In this document: positions 10,378-23,181 of the stretch, piece after piece
How positions within the stretch are numbered: the stretch's first letter is position 1
How the letters are laid out: every line of letters starts with the position of its first letter
Assembly: GCA_000697335.1 (NCBI GenBank)
Contig: JNEM01009963.1
Coordinates: 1-41,591 of the forward strand
Length of the DNA stretch: 41,591 nt
From: Conidiobolus incongruus B7586
Taxonomy: Eukaryota
Reading direction: 5' to 3'
Translations under genes and position numbers: made by a program
Notes under the pieces: model-generated
What the model saw: only the letters and a program-made list of their open reading frames with translations
The model's database searches: none
Told to the model about the DNA's origin: nothing

Positions 10378-13300
10378 TCGTTTTTTGATTAAATTTATTT
10401 ATATTTAAATTTTTAAATAGATATAATATCTTAATACAGCTCTTTTTTTTAAGATTTTAGTCAAGTTAATAATATAAAACTATATATTGTTTTAATTTGA
10501 ATATATTTCAAAAAATCTAAAATCTGACAATGATTGATTGGTTTGAATTTACAATTCCTAATATATATGTCCAAAATATTATTTTTTTATTATATTTTAT
10601 TGTTTGGAACCAAAATATATCTAGTTTTTCTGTCATTATGTACACAATACTATTTCAAGTAAATATTTAATGAATAAACAGTGTTAAACCATTTTTAATT
10701 CAATTACTTACAAGCTAATCAATATCTTTATATTGTAATTAATAATTTTCATTAAAAATAAAGTGTTTTTTCTACTTTATTATTGATATTAAAATATACT
10801 AGGAAATTCATTACTTTAAAATATTTTGTTACAAACTAATCTGAATTTATGCTATAAAATCTCAGCATTTATTCTAATAATTTTTTACTCTTCTTTTAAT
10901 AATTAAATAATGATATGATAAAGTATGTAATATTTAATTCTCAACTCTACATTTATAGCAAAATGACTGGTATTTTAAAAATTATAGATTTTATATGAAT
11001 ATTTTTAAAAATATTGTTAGTGATTTTTCTATTGCATGCATAAGAGTGCTTCTAAGGTGTTCCCATTTATCAAAAAAACTTGAATTCAATCCAAACTGAT
11101 ATTTTAAAATTCGAAGTAAAAAAAACCATTAATCTATATCGAAAAATTTATATTATATATAAATATTAATGGATTAATAAATATATTAATAAATAAAAAA
11201 ATCGAAAATAATGATCATATATCATGATTTGATCCTGTTCAAAAAAGGCAACTTATATGAAATCACCTATATTAATCTGACATTGAAATGCAAACTTCAT
11301 AATCATAGATTAATGTGTAGATTTCAAATTAGATTAGTCCTAAGCATGACTTAACTGAACTTTGACAAAATCTCATTTTTATAATAATTTCTACATATAT
11401 GAGATTTTAAAGAAATTCTAATTTCCATCATTCAAAAATATTTTAACCATTATCAAACTCTATTAATTAATTTTTAGTGACAGGTTTGAAAAGCCTATAA
11501 TTTTGCAATAAATAAATACTACAACTAAATAAATTTCCCATATACTATATTTTGAGTAGAATATTATATGTATATATATAATTCTCTGTATTATTTGACT
11601 TTAAAAAATATCACTAAATTTTTATTATTATTCTTATTCTTATTATTATTATTATATTTAGTTGATAAGGTTAACTTAAATTTGAAAAAAATCTTTAATA
11701 AATGAAAATTTATTATACAGATATACTTGAAAAAATTTCACAAATAAATTTAAATCTAGTAAATATATATTTATTTCATTGATTATTAAGATTTTAAGTT
11801 TTTAATAGTTAGTTGAAAAATTTGAAGTATAGTAAAATTGTATGTAGGAGAGATTTGATAACTTTTTTGAAAAATAATCCCAAAGTGAATATTAATCAAA
11901 TATATTATTTTATAAATATAGTTTATAATATACTTTATTATTAAAGTATTGTATTCATATTCAAAGACAATATATTGATAGTATAAACTAATCATCATTA
12001 AAATATCACTTGTTTTAATAAAACATGCTATCAGAAATGCAATAGAAAAATAAATATTGAGATGAAAATAATTTTATATTTTTTGCTCTGGTTGAACTTT
12101 AAAATTTGATATATCCTCAAATAATGAGTGTAGAGATATACTTGAATATTAGTAAACAGTGTAGCTTTTGTGTGTAAAAATATTCACATTTATCCTGATT
12201 CAATTTTTGGAATTAAACTTTCAATCTCATTTTGGTTAATATATTAGTATATATAAATCACAATAAAACAATAATATTTTATTTTCAAAATCATCAAAAA
12301 GATATATTCATTTAATAAGGAATTATAAGAGCTTGAAACTTTTGCCGTTAGTTAAGATTCGATCTAATAATGAATAATCAAATATATTTATTATAACTAT
12401 TGTAACTATAAAGTTTTTTAATCAATTAAATAAAAAAAGAATACTATTACAAATATTCACAAATCATCTTAAAATTTTAATACATAAACTAGAGTTCACA
12501 AATAATTGCAAATTGTCAGTTAAAATTATCATATTATTCAATATTAATATTATTTCAATTGGTTTAATATTTAATTATTAGAAAATTCTCGGAATTATAT
12601 GTTAATTAGTGATTTTGACATAATGAGAACGACTTTTGTACATCAATTATAGATATTTGTCAATATTAAAAGGGTGAAGTGTATATTGGTACCACATTAA
12701 ACATTACATATATTGGGGTTTAATTAGTATCTAGACCATAATTGGTAAAGGCTAAAATATTGGATGAATGTAAAATACAATAACGAAAAAATGAACTCTA
12801 TATTTTTTAAGTATTTATTAACCAATATACTTATTCTTACTCCAATTTACAATGAAATTTAATTAATTCATTGTTCTCTATTTTTCAGCTTTGAAAGAAA
12901 ATGAGATTAACTAAATGGCATTCATATAAATAGTTCAAGTATAATTCCACCAAAATAATTATTACACTATGGATAATTCAATTACTTTAAGATATCAACT
13001 TAATATATTAACAAAAATGCTAAAATTGTGATAATATTAGTTTATTTATAATTAGAGTTAATTGAATTTTTTTTAGTTGAAAATAACTAAATATTAATTA
13101 TAAAAATATTAAAATATTAATAATATGGATCATTTATTCGATATATTATTCAATTTTATATCATTATAATATATAATTCTTTCAATTAACACAAATTGAG
13201 AATTGATAATAAGACTCATCCCTTTTATATTGTAAATTTAACATAGTTTATAAATTTTTATAATATGCTCTAATAATATTAGTATTATAATTTTTGAGTT

Positions 13301-13998
13301 AATTATATAATACAAAAAGTTTAATAACCCAACAAAATACTAAAATTGTGATTTATATAATATAATTATAATAAAAATAAATGATTTTATTAGCGACTGG
13401 ATAGAGTTTTTAAACTGAAATATTTTTGATAATATATTTGCATTAGTTTTTTTTTGTTAATTATGATGATACTTAGGAAATAAGTAAAATTATCGTACAC
13501 ACAAATTTAGTTTAAATATCTTTAAAATCGATATTCTGATATTGAAGTGAAACTATTCATATCCAATATGTGATAGGCTTGAATTCATGAAATTAGTTGA
13601 AATATAGATTGATAACCCCTATTAGTTATTTATTATTACCAACGAATAATTTACTCATTACCAGTTAATATCATTAATATTCCATATACCATATCATCGA
13701 TCTGTATTGAAGCAACCACTGATGCTTATCTTGATAATTCTACATTCCATATTAATTGAGTTGAACACTAATGAATATCATATCATGCAAGTAAATGAAT
13801 ATTCAGTCACACCCAAACAATATTTAATATTTTTAATGAATATTAATATTATAGATTTATACTGAATGCTATTCACTATATTTAAATTTCAAACCAATCA
13901 CCATTGATTAATCCCATAATTGATTTTGTTTTACATTTTACTATTTAAGGTTGTGAATTTAGCTTAAAATTGAAGTAAAATATAAGACTTGAAACATA

Positions 13999-14481
13999 AT
14001 GAATTTTAAAAATCTAACTGGAAAATCGATAATATCACAATGCGAAATATTACCACTAAACTTTACAGATTTAGAATCTCTATTCGATACTGACACTTTT
14101 CAAATGTATTTAATGGTACAACAACTAATACAAAATGAACAATTAAAAACTCCGTCAAATACAGAATACCTAATTCAATACTACTCTAAACTTATAGAGA
14201 TAACCAATAAAAATCAACCAACTGACAAAACATTGAAATTCAAGTATAATCAATTAAGATTTTATCTATATTTCCATTTAGCTTACCACTATCAAAAATC
14301 CAACGAATTAATTCAATCCGAAGCTTATTACCAACAATGTTTAAAAATTAAAAAAGACTCTTTACCTGTGATAAATAATTTGGCAGTTTTATGGGATTAT
14401 AGAGGTAATTCAACTATGTCCAATAATTTTTGTAAAAGATTGGAAAAATTTAAAAAATTAAATGATGAAAATGCCAAATAA
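13999..14481 (+). CDS. Hypothetical TPR-containing protein, 160 aa, single exon
   Basis: A 160-codon ORF in very AT-rich DNA. The C-terminal YFHLAYHYQKSNELIQSEAYYQQCLKIKKDSLPVINNLAVLWDYRGN fits the TPR consensus. Confidence 0.65.
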   Translation: MNFKNLTGKSIISQCEILPLNFTDLESLFDTDTFQMYLMVQQLIQNEQLKTPSNTEYLIQYYSKLIEITNKNQPTDKTLKFKYNQLRFYLYFHLAYHYQKSNELIQSEAYYQQCLKIKKDSLPVINNLAVLWDYRGNSTMSNNFCKRLEKFKKLNDENAK

Positions 14482-16826
14482 ATAATAAAATAAATATCTT
14501 AACTTATATAAATGATAATTATTTTGATATTTAAAATTATATAAATTGAAATTAATTTAATCTACCCAATACTTAATAATGTTTATAAATTATTAAACTA
14601 AATAATGAATAAAATATAAATAATTATTCCAATTCACCAAATTATATTTCAATATCAACGAATAATTACCGCTCTATAACTTAAAACATCAAACAAACAG
14701 AACCATTTCAGCAACGTTATTCCAATCTACCAATATAAAAATTCAATTCAATTTTTATCACGTTATTCACGAGCGCGTAGTTAGGGGCCATGTAACAAAG
14801 ACAGATTTCCCATTAATTAATAAAGGAGTGAGTAAATTTAGTTTGTTAACTATGATGATTAAATTAACCAATTACAGTTGAAATTTATGTAATTTACCAT
14901 CTCTCTCTTTATCCAAAATCAACACATAAATAAAAAAATTTTAAACTCAGATTAATTATCAACTTATTCAAATTATATATTATCATACCCTTTCATTATG
15001 ATTCAAATTAACAAATATAACACTTTGTTAACATTTAAAAGGGTTGAATTAATTTTACTAATAATTTTAAATAAAAAAATTCAATTTAAGGAGTTAAAAT
15101 TATATTATATATCAATTGGTTTTTAAATTAAATTTGAAACTTGTAATTTTTGATAAATTACAAAGTGATTGGTAGTTAAATTATTAAACTATAAAACTTT
15201 TAGTTATTAAAAAGGGGTAGTCTTATATTGAATGTGTAAATTTAATTTTTTTGTTAGTGATATTAGTTTATATTTTATAAATGATCTCTATGATCAATCC
15301 TTTTTCAAATTCTTAGTCTATATTAAAAGTGATTAATTAATTTTAAAAGTTAACCAAAAGAGGTAATAGAAATATTAGGCGATTTATAATGAAAGAATAT
15401 TAATTTGAAAGAAATTAAAAATTTATGTTATTTTTGAAAACTCTTAGGCTATTTGGTTAAGTAATTTAATTTTATTTAGTTTGATCAATATTCTAATGTT
15501 TAATACTATTGGTAGAGGCGATTAAAGTTTTAGGGTATACGTCATCATTAGAATTTGGTTGGTTAATTGAATTTTAGCAATATTTATATATATTAGTATT
15601 AAGTAATATTACATTATAATTAAAATTAATTAATAAACAAATTTAGTTGTAAGATCGAATAGAATACACACGTTGATAATGATTAATTGAATTGATAGGT
15701 TAATTTGAACTATTATCAGATTACTAATATTTGTATTAGAATTATTATTTCACATTCTGTTAATACCATCATATTTTATTCATATAAGTGCCTGAATCTA
15801 TTAAATGGCTTGGATTGAATAAATATCAGAATGAAATAATATGATAGTTAGGTTGATATCTTCATTTTAAAAAATCTAGGCTTTATTTATTGTTTATTAT
15901 ATCAATATTCAAGATAATTTTATAATTGTTGATTATAATTTTTTAAATGACGAAATTTTCCGTTAACGTTATTCATATCGAATTAAAATTAAAAATGAGT
16001 AATATTATTGAATAGATTGTAAAAGAGTCCAATCAACATACTTAATTTAATATGAATACTTAGGCAATATTACTATATACAATACACTGAATCAATTCTA
16101 TTATTAGTTAATGACGGATCATTTTCTAGAATTCACTATCTCAAATTGACTATTTAATATCAATATCCATTTATTGTTCAGAGCTAATTAATTATTGGAC
16201 ATGACTTTATAGCGGGTCTTTATATCAATTATAGCATCAATCTATAAACAAAGGAGCGTCATTGCCCCAAAAACTGATGTTACTAGTACTAAATTATCAA
16301 TCAAAGCTCATGACATCGTAGTAGGTATAATTAGAAGAAACATAATTTTGCACTATAATAGCTTGATTGGACTCAATTGATGGGTCTAAAAGCAATCATA
16401 TTGCATTTTGTTGTTCTTGATATAATTCTATTAAATATTTCATTCTTAATCTCTAATTCAAATTAAGATCTCTCAAGTATTAATAATTATTATACAACTC
16501 ATGAAACTACATTAATCTCCTAGAATTGATGGTGGGTTTAGTTTTAATATGGAGATATATTACAATTTAATATTGGTTACGAAAGAGCATAATAAATATC
16601 CAATTAATCTATTAAATTTTACATCTACCCACTTTCCCCCCGGCCATCCCATATTCTCCCTTTGGCCAACCCCTGAAATTCAATGTGAACAGGATCCCAT
16701 TCAACAACCGGTATATGAAAGCATCCATCTTCCAATAAAACCCAGTACCACGGCAATCCCATTTCAATATTCTTTAATAGGAAACATGAGTTGAAAATAG
16801 CAATTCTCAACCCCATTTCGTAAGAT

Positions 16827-16834
16827 TATAAAAG
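16827..16834 (+). promoter_or_regulatory. TATA box of the zinc-finger gene
   Basis: TATAAAAG about 85 bp upstream of the ATG at 16916, embedded in a GC-richer promoter. Confidence 0.55.
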
Positions 16835-16915
16835 ACAGCTGATCCCATTCCATTTAAAATTGCCCAGATTCATCAGATCTTTGCGAAATATTATTCAAGT
16901 CTCAAAGTCACCAAT

Positions 16916-17842
16916 ATGTCTTACCAATACTTTGATCATCCTCTTTTAAATACCAACCCTTCTACAACTTTCCCTACCGACACTCTTTTCAGCTACACGC
17001 CTATCGATTCTCAGGAACCTTTTCTCTCTTTCTCAACATTTTCTTCTACCAGCTTTCTTTCATCAACTAACCCTAGTCTTCCTACTTCCCCTTATTTGTC
17101 TTGGCCCCAAACCAGTACTGATTCATTTTCCAGTCAATTTGACTTAGATTTCCGTTTAAATCCATTCTTTAATCCAGCTCAATTATACCAAAACCATTTC
17201 TTTACACCTAATTCAACGCTCTCATCATGTCCTAGTACACCCAATTTTTTACCATTTACCGATTGCTCTGTATTGTCCAATACTCCTGAAGCGGTTTCGC
17301 CCGATCAGATTTTAAGTCCTCCAGTCCCTTCATCACCTCAACAAGCTCCATCGCTCATACTCCCCTCTCAACTCACTAAGAAGTTGGAATCTGAGATTAA
17401 ACGTGAGCAAAGTCCAGAATTGAGCTCTGATCCTATATCCGAACCAACATCTGGATCAATTACTTCTGAATTGATCAATAGTGCACCTGCAAGAAGTCGC
17501 GTGCGCTTGAACCGCGATTCATTCTTGTTGAAGAAGCCTGAAAAAGCTACTCCACCTAAAATCCTTAATTGCCCTCACCCAGGATGCCCCAAAACCTTTA
17601 CCAGAGTATATAGCTTACACTCGCACGTGTGTACTCATTCTACTCTGCGACCATTCAAGTGTGATAAATGCAATGCTGCCTTCAGCAGAAATCATGACTT
17701 GAAACGTCATCAAAAGATTCATTTAGGGATTAAACCTTACAAATGCACCAAATGTGATAAAAATTTTTCCCGAATGGACGCATTAGGTCGTCATAAACAA
17801 AAGAAACCCCAATGCTGGCTAAGCAAAGGACGTGCCAAATAA
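16916..17842 (+). CDS. C2H2 zinc-finger transcription factor, Crz1/Swi5-like DNA-binding domain, 308 aa, intronless
   Basis: Three C-terminal fingers with recognition helices FTRVYSLHSH, FSRNHDLKRH and FSRMDALGRH (third finger C2HC). The N-terminus is S/P/T/F-rich, like an activation domain. Confidence 0.9.
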   Translation: MSYQYFDHPLLNTNPSTTFPTDTLFSYTPIDSQEPFLSFSTFSSTSFLSSTNPSLPTSPYLSWPQTSTDSFSSQFDLDFRLNPFFNPAQLYQNHFFTPNSTLSSCPSTPNFLPFTDCSVLSNTPEAVSPDQILSPPVPSSPQQAPSLILPSQLTKKLESEIKREQSPELSSDPISEPTSGSITSELINSAPARSRVRLNRDSFLLKKPEKATPPKILNCPHPGCPKTFTRVYSLHSHVCTHSTLRPFKCDKCNAAFSRNHDLKRHQKIHLGIKPYKCTKCDKNFSRMDALGRHKQKKPQCWLSKGRAK

Positions 17843-18471
17843 TTTAGATATATCGGGTTAATTGCGATACAAAATCATCAATCAACAAAATGACCTATAG
17901 TTTTTTGTTGGATATAATGGTTCCATATGATGGTTGGCAACCATTTAGATTCACAGCAATATCCCCTTGATATTTATTATTCATTAACTTTTCATGTATT
18001 TTACATCTCTGGAACCATAAGTCAAAACCCAAATTCTAAAATTACGTAATCAACCAATCTGAGGTTGACATTAGAGCGCTTATTTTGCATCTTTACCATT
18101 CCCATTCATCCCCATCGTATCAAACATATATTATTTACTTGTATTATTTAACTTAAAAAATTAACTTAACATAATTTCCTAATATTTAAGCATTAAAAAT
18201 TAAATAAAAAACTATTAAAAAAGAATACACCTAAATTATAATTATGAATTAATGAAATTTTAGTTATTTCGTCATTTATCAAAACTTACAAGTTTCAATT
18301 CTAAAGAATATAAACTAAAATTAAGCTCAAACTTTTAAACAATGATATTAGTTTCTTTCATTATTTAATGACGTAGTCAATTTTAAATATGAATTTAATA
18401 ATTCATATTTATTTAAATTGAATGAGACATATTGTATTTAAACTATTTTATTATACTTTATAAAATTATTA

Positions 18472-18498
18472 AATAATAATAATAATAATAATAATAAT
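18472..18498. repeat. (AAT)9 microsatellite
   Basis: Read directly. Confidence 0.9.
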
Positions 18499-21170
18499 GT
18501 TAATAACTTGAATTTATTATTATATATAAATTCTTATATATCTGATAAATATTTTATCAAATTAAATTCAGTATTAACTCACTCACTATAATCAATATTA
18601 AAAATCCAAATGAAATTGACCAAATTTAAACTCTGTGTTTATAAAATTCAACAAAACTAAATTGGTAATACAATCAATGTTACTATATATAACTAAGTGA
18701 CTATGTGAAGAGTTGTGTTATCAACAAAATTTATATAATTGATTAATATTAACTAATATAAAAAATAGTATTATTATTAAAATTAATAAAGTTTTAATGA
18801 TGAAATTTATTATTTTAATCATTTTGAAATCATATTTGATATTAACAAAATAAAAATAAATCAAATTAATTAAAATAATTATTTAAATATTTAAATATTT
18901 AATATTTGTCAATTTGAAGGTAAAAAATAATTAAAATACTGATAAGAATTATGATTAATTAATAATATTATTATATTAATAGTTATAATAATCAGTTTGT
19001 AGTTTTTCTATAATTAGTAAAGGATTTATATCTTTATTTTAATAATATATTTTTTTAACTAATTGAGAATTTTTTTTATTGTGAGAATGTGATTGAATTG
19101 GGGTTTAGGAGTTTAATCAATTCAATATAAATAAATGAGGGACAATTCTTACTTTTTAATATATCCATATATTGATAATGGATAGTTAATATTATTTTAA
19201 TTGATCACTTTAATTAATTTACTCTTTGTTGTTCCAATTATCTTGAAATAAAAATTCATTGTTTGAATTGATTGATCATGGATGAATATTCTTTTCTGAT
19301 TGTTAAAATATGCGACTTATTCGAAATGGTTATAGGTTGATCATATTGTGCAATAGGTTCCATTATACCTTTCAAGATTATAAATTTAATTAAACTTTTA
19401 TCAGAATGCTGGTATATTTCTTATTAATTATTGTAATAAACAAATGTATAGCAGCAATGCCATATTATAATATTGCTATATGATTTTTATCCATTCTTTA
19501 ATATTTCTTGGATATAATTCTTTAAGAAATTAGATTTTTTATATTCACTCAGTTTATTCAAATTAGTTTAATAATTCATTTAATCCTTAATACAAAATTA
19601 TAATTTATTAAAATAGAATATTCTTTTTATCATCAAATGAGATTGGAGATATATTGGTTTGCTCTAATCTAGGTGACGAAGCATAACGTATAATGAGAAT
19701 TTGGCATTTTCAAAATTTTTTACTAAAAATACTGTGATAAACTATTTTGTTTTCATATTTATATATATATTAACTATTTTTCTCAAATAGTGATAATACA
19801 AGTGTAATAGAATTTAATACTATGTGAAAAATAATTCAATTGCCAATATCAATAAGGTTTTGTATCAATTTTTTTATTATCTATACGTGTTATCCTTTAT
19901 ATTATAAATAAACTCTAAATATATAATTCAGCCATAATTATTATATTCTATAAATAAATACTTGAAAATCTCTAAAAGTTTAAATTGATAATTATCAAAC
20001 AGCATATAACCTTACCCAATAAAAATTCACATCGAATGGGAATGACTGCAAGTACAAACTTTGAATTTTGAGCTAAAATGTTAATATTATTCAATGTTTT
20101 TTATTTTTATAAAAACTAACTACAAATCATATTACAAGGTTTAATCAGACAGCATATCCTTAAATTCACAAAATCATTGACTAATATTATATTTACGAAT
20201 TATAACATAATTGAATATTCATCATTTAGTCAATTTCATCATCAATTTTCTATTCAATTCTACAATATTTGCTTTTTCCAACCGCCCAAATTATAATGAT
20301 TTCAGTATTACTTGATAAAATATATTTAAAAATATATAAGTAAATCAAGCTATTTTTAAAGAAATTCAATGAATATTTATTAGGTAGTTTTTATTGAGTT
20401 CAAGATTTAATTATTTTAATAGAAAATTTTATTAAAATTGAGCACTATTAACAAATTATACATAAATTTCAAATTTATTCTGATAATATATAATTAATAT
20501 TTACTATGGATTTGTGGTATATAGAAAATTTTTTTAATTTATTTGATAAATATTATAAAACAATTGTATAAGTGTTTTTCTCCAAATTTATTTCAAATTT
20601 TATGACTTTAAATTAATTCAAAAGGTTATTTTTTTTAAAATATTTTGGTATAAATAAACTCTATATGGAAAATATTAATATATTAAAAATTTAAAATTGT
20701 AAATGGATATATATATATATATGACACACCAATCATTATTTAATATAATTTCAAATTATAATTGTCCTATTAATTCATTTAAATATCTATCCATTTACAA
20801 TTCGCTAATAAAATTGTACTTCAAATTAACAAATTCTTAAAGTCTATAATCATCATAAATATTAAGATCTTCAATATAAGTAATATAATTAATTTAAGCC
20901 AAAATCATTTTTATTATGTAACAATAAACCAATAAACCTTAAAATTACCAGATGTTAGAGTTGAGTAAATTTTTTTGTATATAAGGTGAAGTTAATTGTA
21001 TATTGATGAGAAAATTTGTTGACATCATTTTATCTGGAAAATAATTTTTTTAAAACATATCAAATATACTATACTATACTTTTAATATAAGAACTTAAAT
21101 TAATTTTGTAAAATTATAATTTTGATTAATATAGTTTCAATTGTGATTTTTTGCAAAGATTTATGGGTTT

Positions 21171-21192
21171 ATATATATATATATATATATAT
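21171..21192. repeat. (AT)11 microsatellite
   Basis: Read directly. Confidence 0.9.
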
Positions 21193-21552
21193 TACTAAAT
21201 AAGAATCAAAAAATAAAACAATTTCTTTAATCAAAATTATATAAAACTAATCACAGTTTCAATTTTATTAAGTTCATGTAATTGAAAATTTTAAAGCATC
21301 AGCGTTTATAAAAAAAAGTTTTAAATGAAAGTATTTTATGACCATATTTTATTATTGAGTAAATATTTCATAATTTGATATATTTTTACTTAATAAATAT
21401 ATTGCAAAATTTAATGCTTATTAAGATAAAAAAATACAAATCAGATCATTAAATAAATGATTAATAAATAAATGAGATAATATATTGATACGAATAATAA
21501 TTAAAGAGTAAAAGATATTTAATGTATAATTTTGAATTTAATAATAAAAACA

Positions 21553-23181
21553 CTACAAATATAAGCCTTCAGGTGTGCCGTCATTCTTACGATACAAGAC
21601 CTTTTCACGAGCCTTCTTCAAGTCATCAGCCTTGACCTTCATTCTGCGTTCTCTTAAAGCTAAGAGACCAGCTTCAGTACATATGGCCTTGATGTCAGCA
21701 CCAGAGAGATCATCCTTGGAGAGGACAAATTCTTCCAAGTCGACATCATCTGCAAGAGTCATTTTACTAGTATGAATACCGAAAATTCTCCTCTTAGTCT
21801 TGATATCGGGGAGAGGGAATTCGATCTTACGATCAATACGACCTGGACGAATAAGAGCAGGATCTAGGGATTCAATACGATTAGTGGCCATAATAACTTT
21901 GACATCACCACGTGCATCGAAACCATCAAGCTGATTAAGTAATTCTAGCATAGTTCTTTGAATTTCACGTTCACCTCCAGAATTGGAATCATAACGCTTA
22001 GTACCGACTGCGTCAATTTCGTCAATAAAAACGATACTAGGAGCATGTTCTTCTGCAACTCTGAAAATCTCGCGAACGAGTTTTGGACCATCACCCAAAT
22101 ATTTTTGAATAAGTTCAGAACCAACAACGCGAAGGAAAGTTGCTGAAGTTTGATTGGCGACTGCCTTGGCTAAAAGGGTTTTACCAGTACCAGGGACACC
22201 ATACAAAATAACACCTTTAGGAGGCTTAACACCCATTTCTTCATAAAGTTCAGGATGAGTAAGAGGTAATTCAACAGATTCTTTGATTTCTTGAATTTGC
22301 TGTTCTAAACCACCAATATCTGCATAAGACTCAGTGGGTGCTTTATCTAATTTCATAACTGTAACAGCGGGATCAGTATCATCAGCTAATACACCAATAA
22401 CTGACATAGTCTAAAGATATATAATTAATATATTTACGATTATAAAATACAAATTAATTTTACCTTATGATGAAGTAAAATAGAACAACCTGGTTCAAGA
22501 GAATCCTTATCCACAAAGGATAAAATATTGACATAATATTCAGGACCAGTAGCAGAAGAGACGATAGCATGGTCATCGTCAATAATTTCTTCAAGAGTAC
22601 CTACTCCCATTGGAGTACCTCTCAAGTCATCTAAACGAATACGCTCTTCCTATATAAAGTATTAATTTACTTAAATTAAGGAATTATTCTGAATTGAAAA
22701 TTACCTCATGTTTTTCATCTTGAGGTTTCAAAATTTCTTGGGTATGAACAAATTCGTCTTCCATCAACAAATAATCCTTAATACGTTCTAATTTTAGTAA
22801 CTTTAATCTACAACGAGTAGTGGGGGTGACTTTTAAATAAAAAATTAGTTAAATTCGAAAATTTGGATAAAGTAAAATAAGTAAGTTACCTGTTGGAATT
22901 TTATTAATAGTGTCAGCTCCCTTCTTCTTCTTTTTACCTACACGAGTAGGCAAAGGAGGTTCCCACTTCTTCTTCTTTTGGGTATCCTAAATTATTATAA
23001 AATTAAATTCTTTAATTTTAAAATACTCAAATTTTCATATTTACCTTATTCTTCTTTTTATCGGAGCCGTCAGGAAATTCAGGTAAACCACCAGATTGAG
23101 AATTACCCTAAATAACATAATAAATAAAATTGAGTATTTTATATATAAAATTTAATAATATTAAATAATTTAGTTTACCAT
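21553..23181 (-). CDS. RPT2: 26S proteasome AAA-ATPase Rpt2 (regulatory subunit 4), 443 aa, 6 exons (23181-23179, 23107-23045, 22986-22890, 22829-22705, 22649-22464, 22410-21553)
   Basis: Myristoylation-type start [31 protein letters not shown], Walker A GVPGTGKT, Walker B IVFIDE and C-terminal HbYX motif LYL. Five introns splice in frame. Confidence 0.97.

Noticed and set aside
11786..11998. AT-rich short ORFs (also 1736-1921, 3078-3278, 31191-31385, 34037-34237)
   Set aside because: I/Y/N/K/F-biased translations typical of random AT-rich DNA, with no motifs or splice support.
11023..12051. 15-bp inverted repeat ATTTTTCTATTGCAT / ATGCAATAGAAAAAT as transposon TIRs
   Set aside because: No target-site duplication or transposase remnant was seen, and such matches are expected by chance at this AT content.
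13010..13352. About 22-bp imperfect direct repeat (AACAAAA.T.CTAAAATTGTGAT) 320 bp apart
   Set aside because: Only two copies with dissimilar flanks; no LTR or array structure.
16549..16816. ORFs 16549-16794 (+) and 16625-16816 (-)
   Set aside because: They lie upstream of the TATA box in the GC-richer promoter. The open frames are explained by composition and have no recognisable domain.
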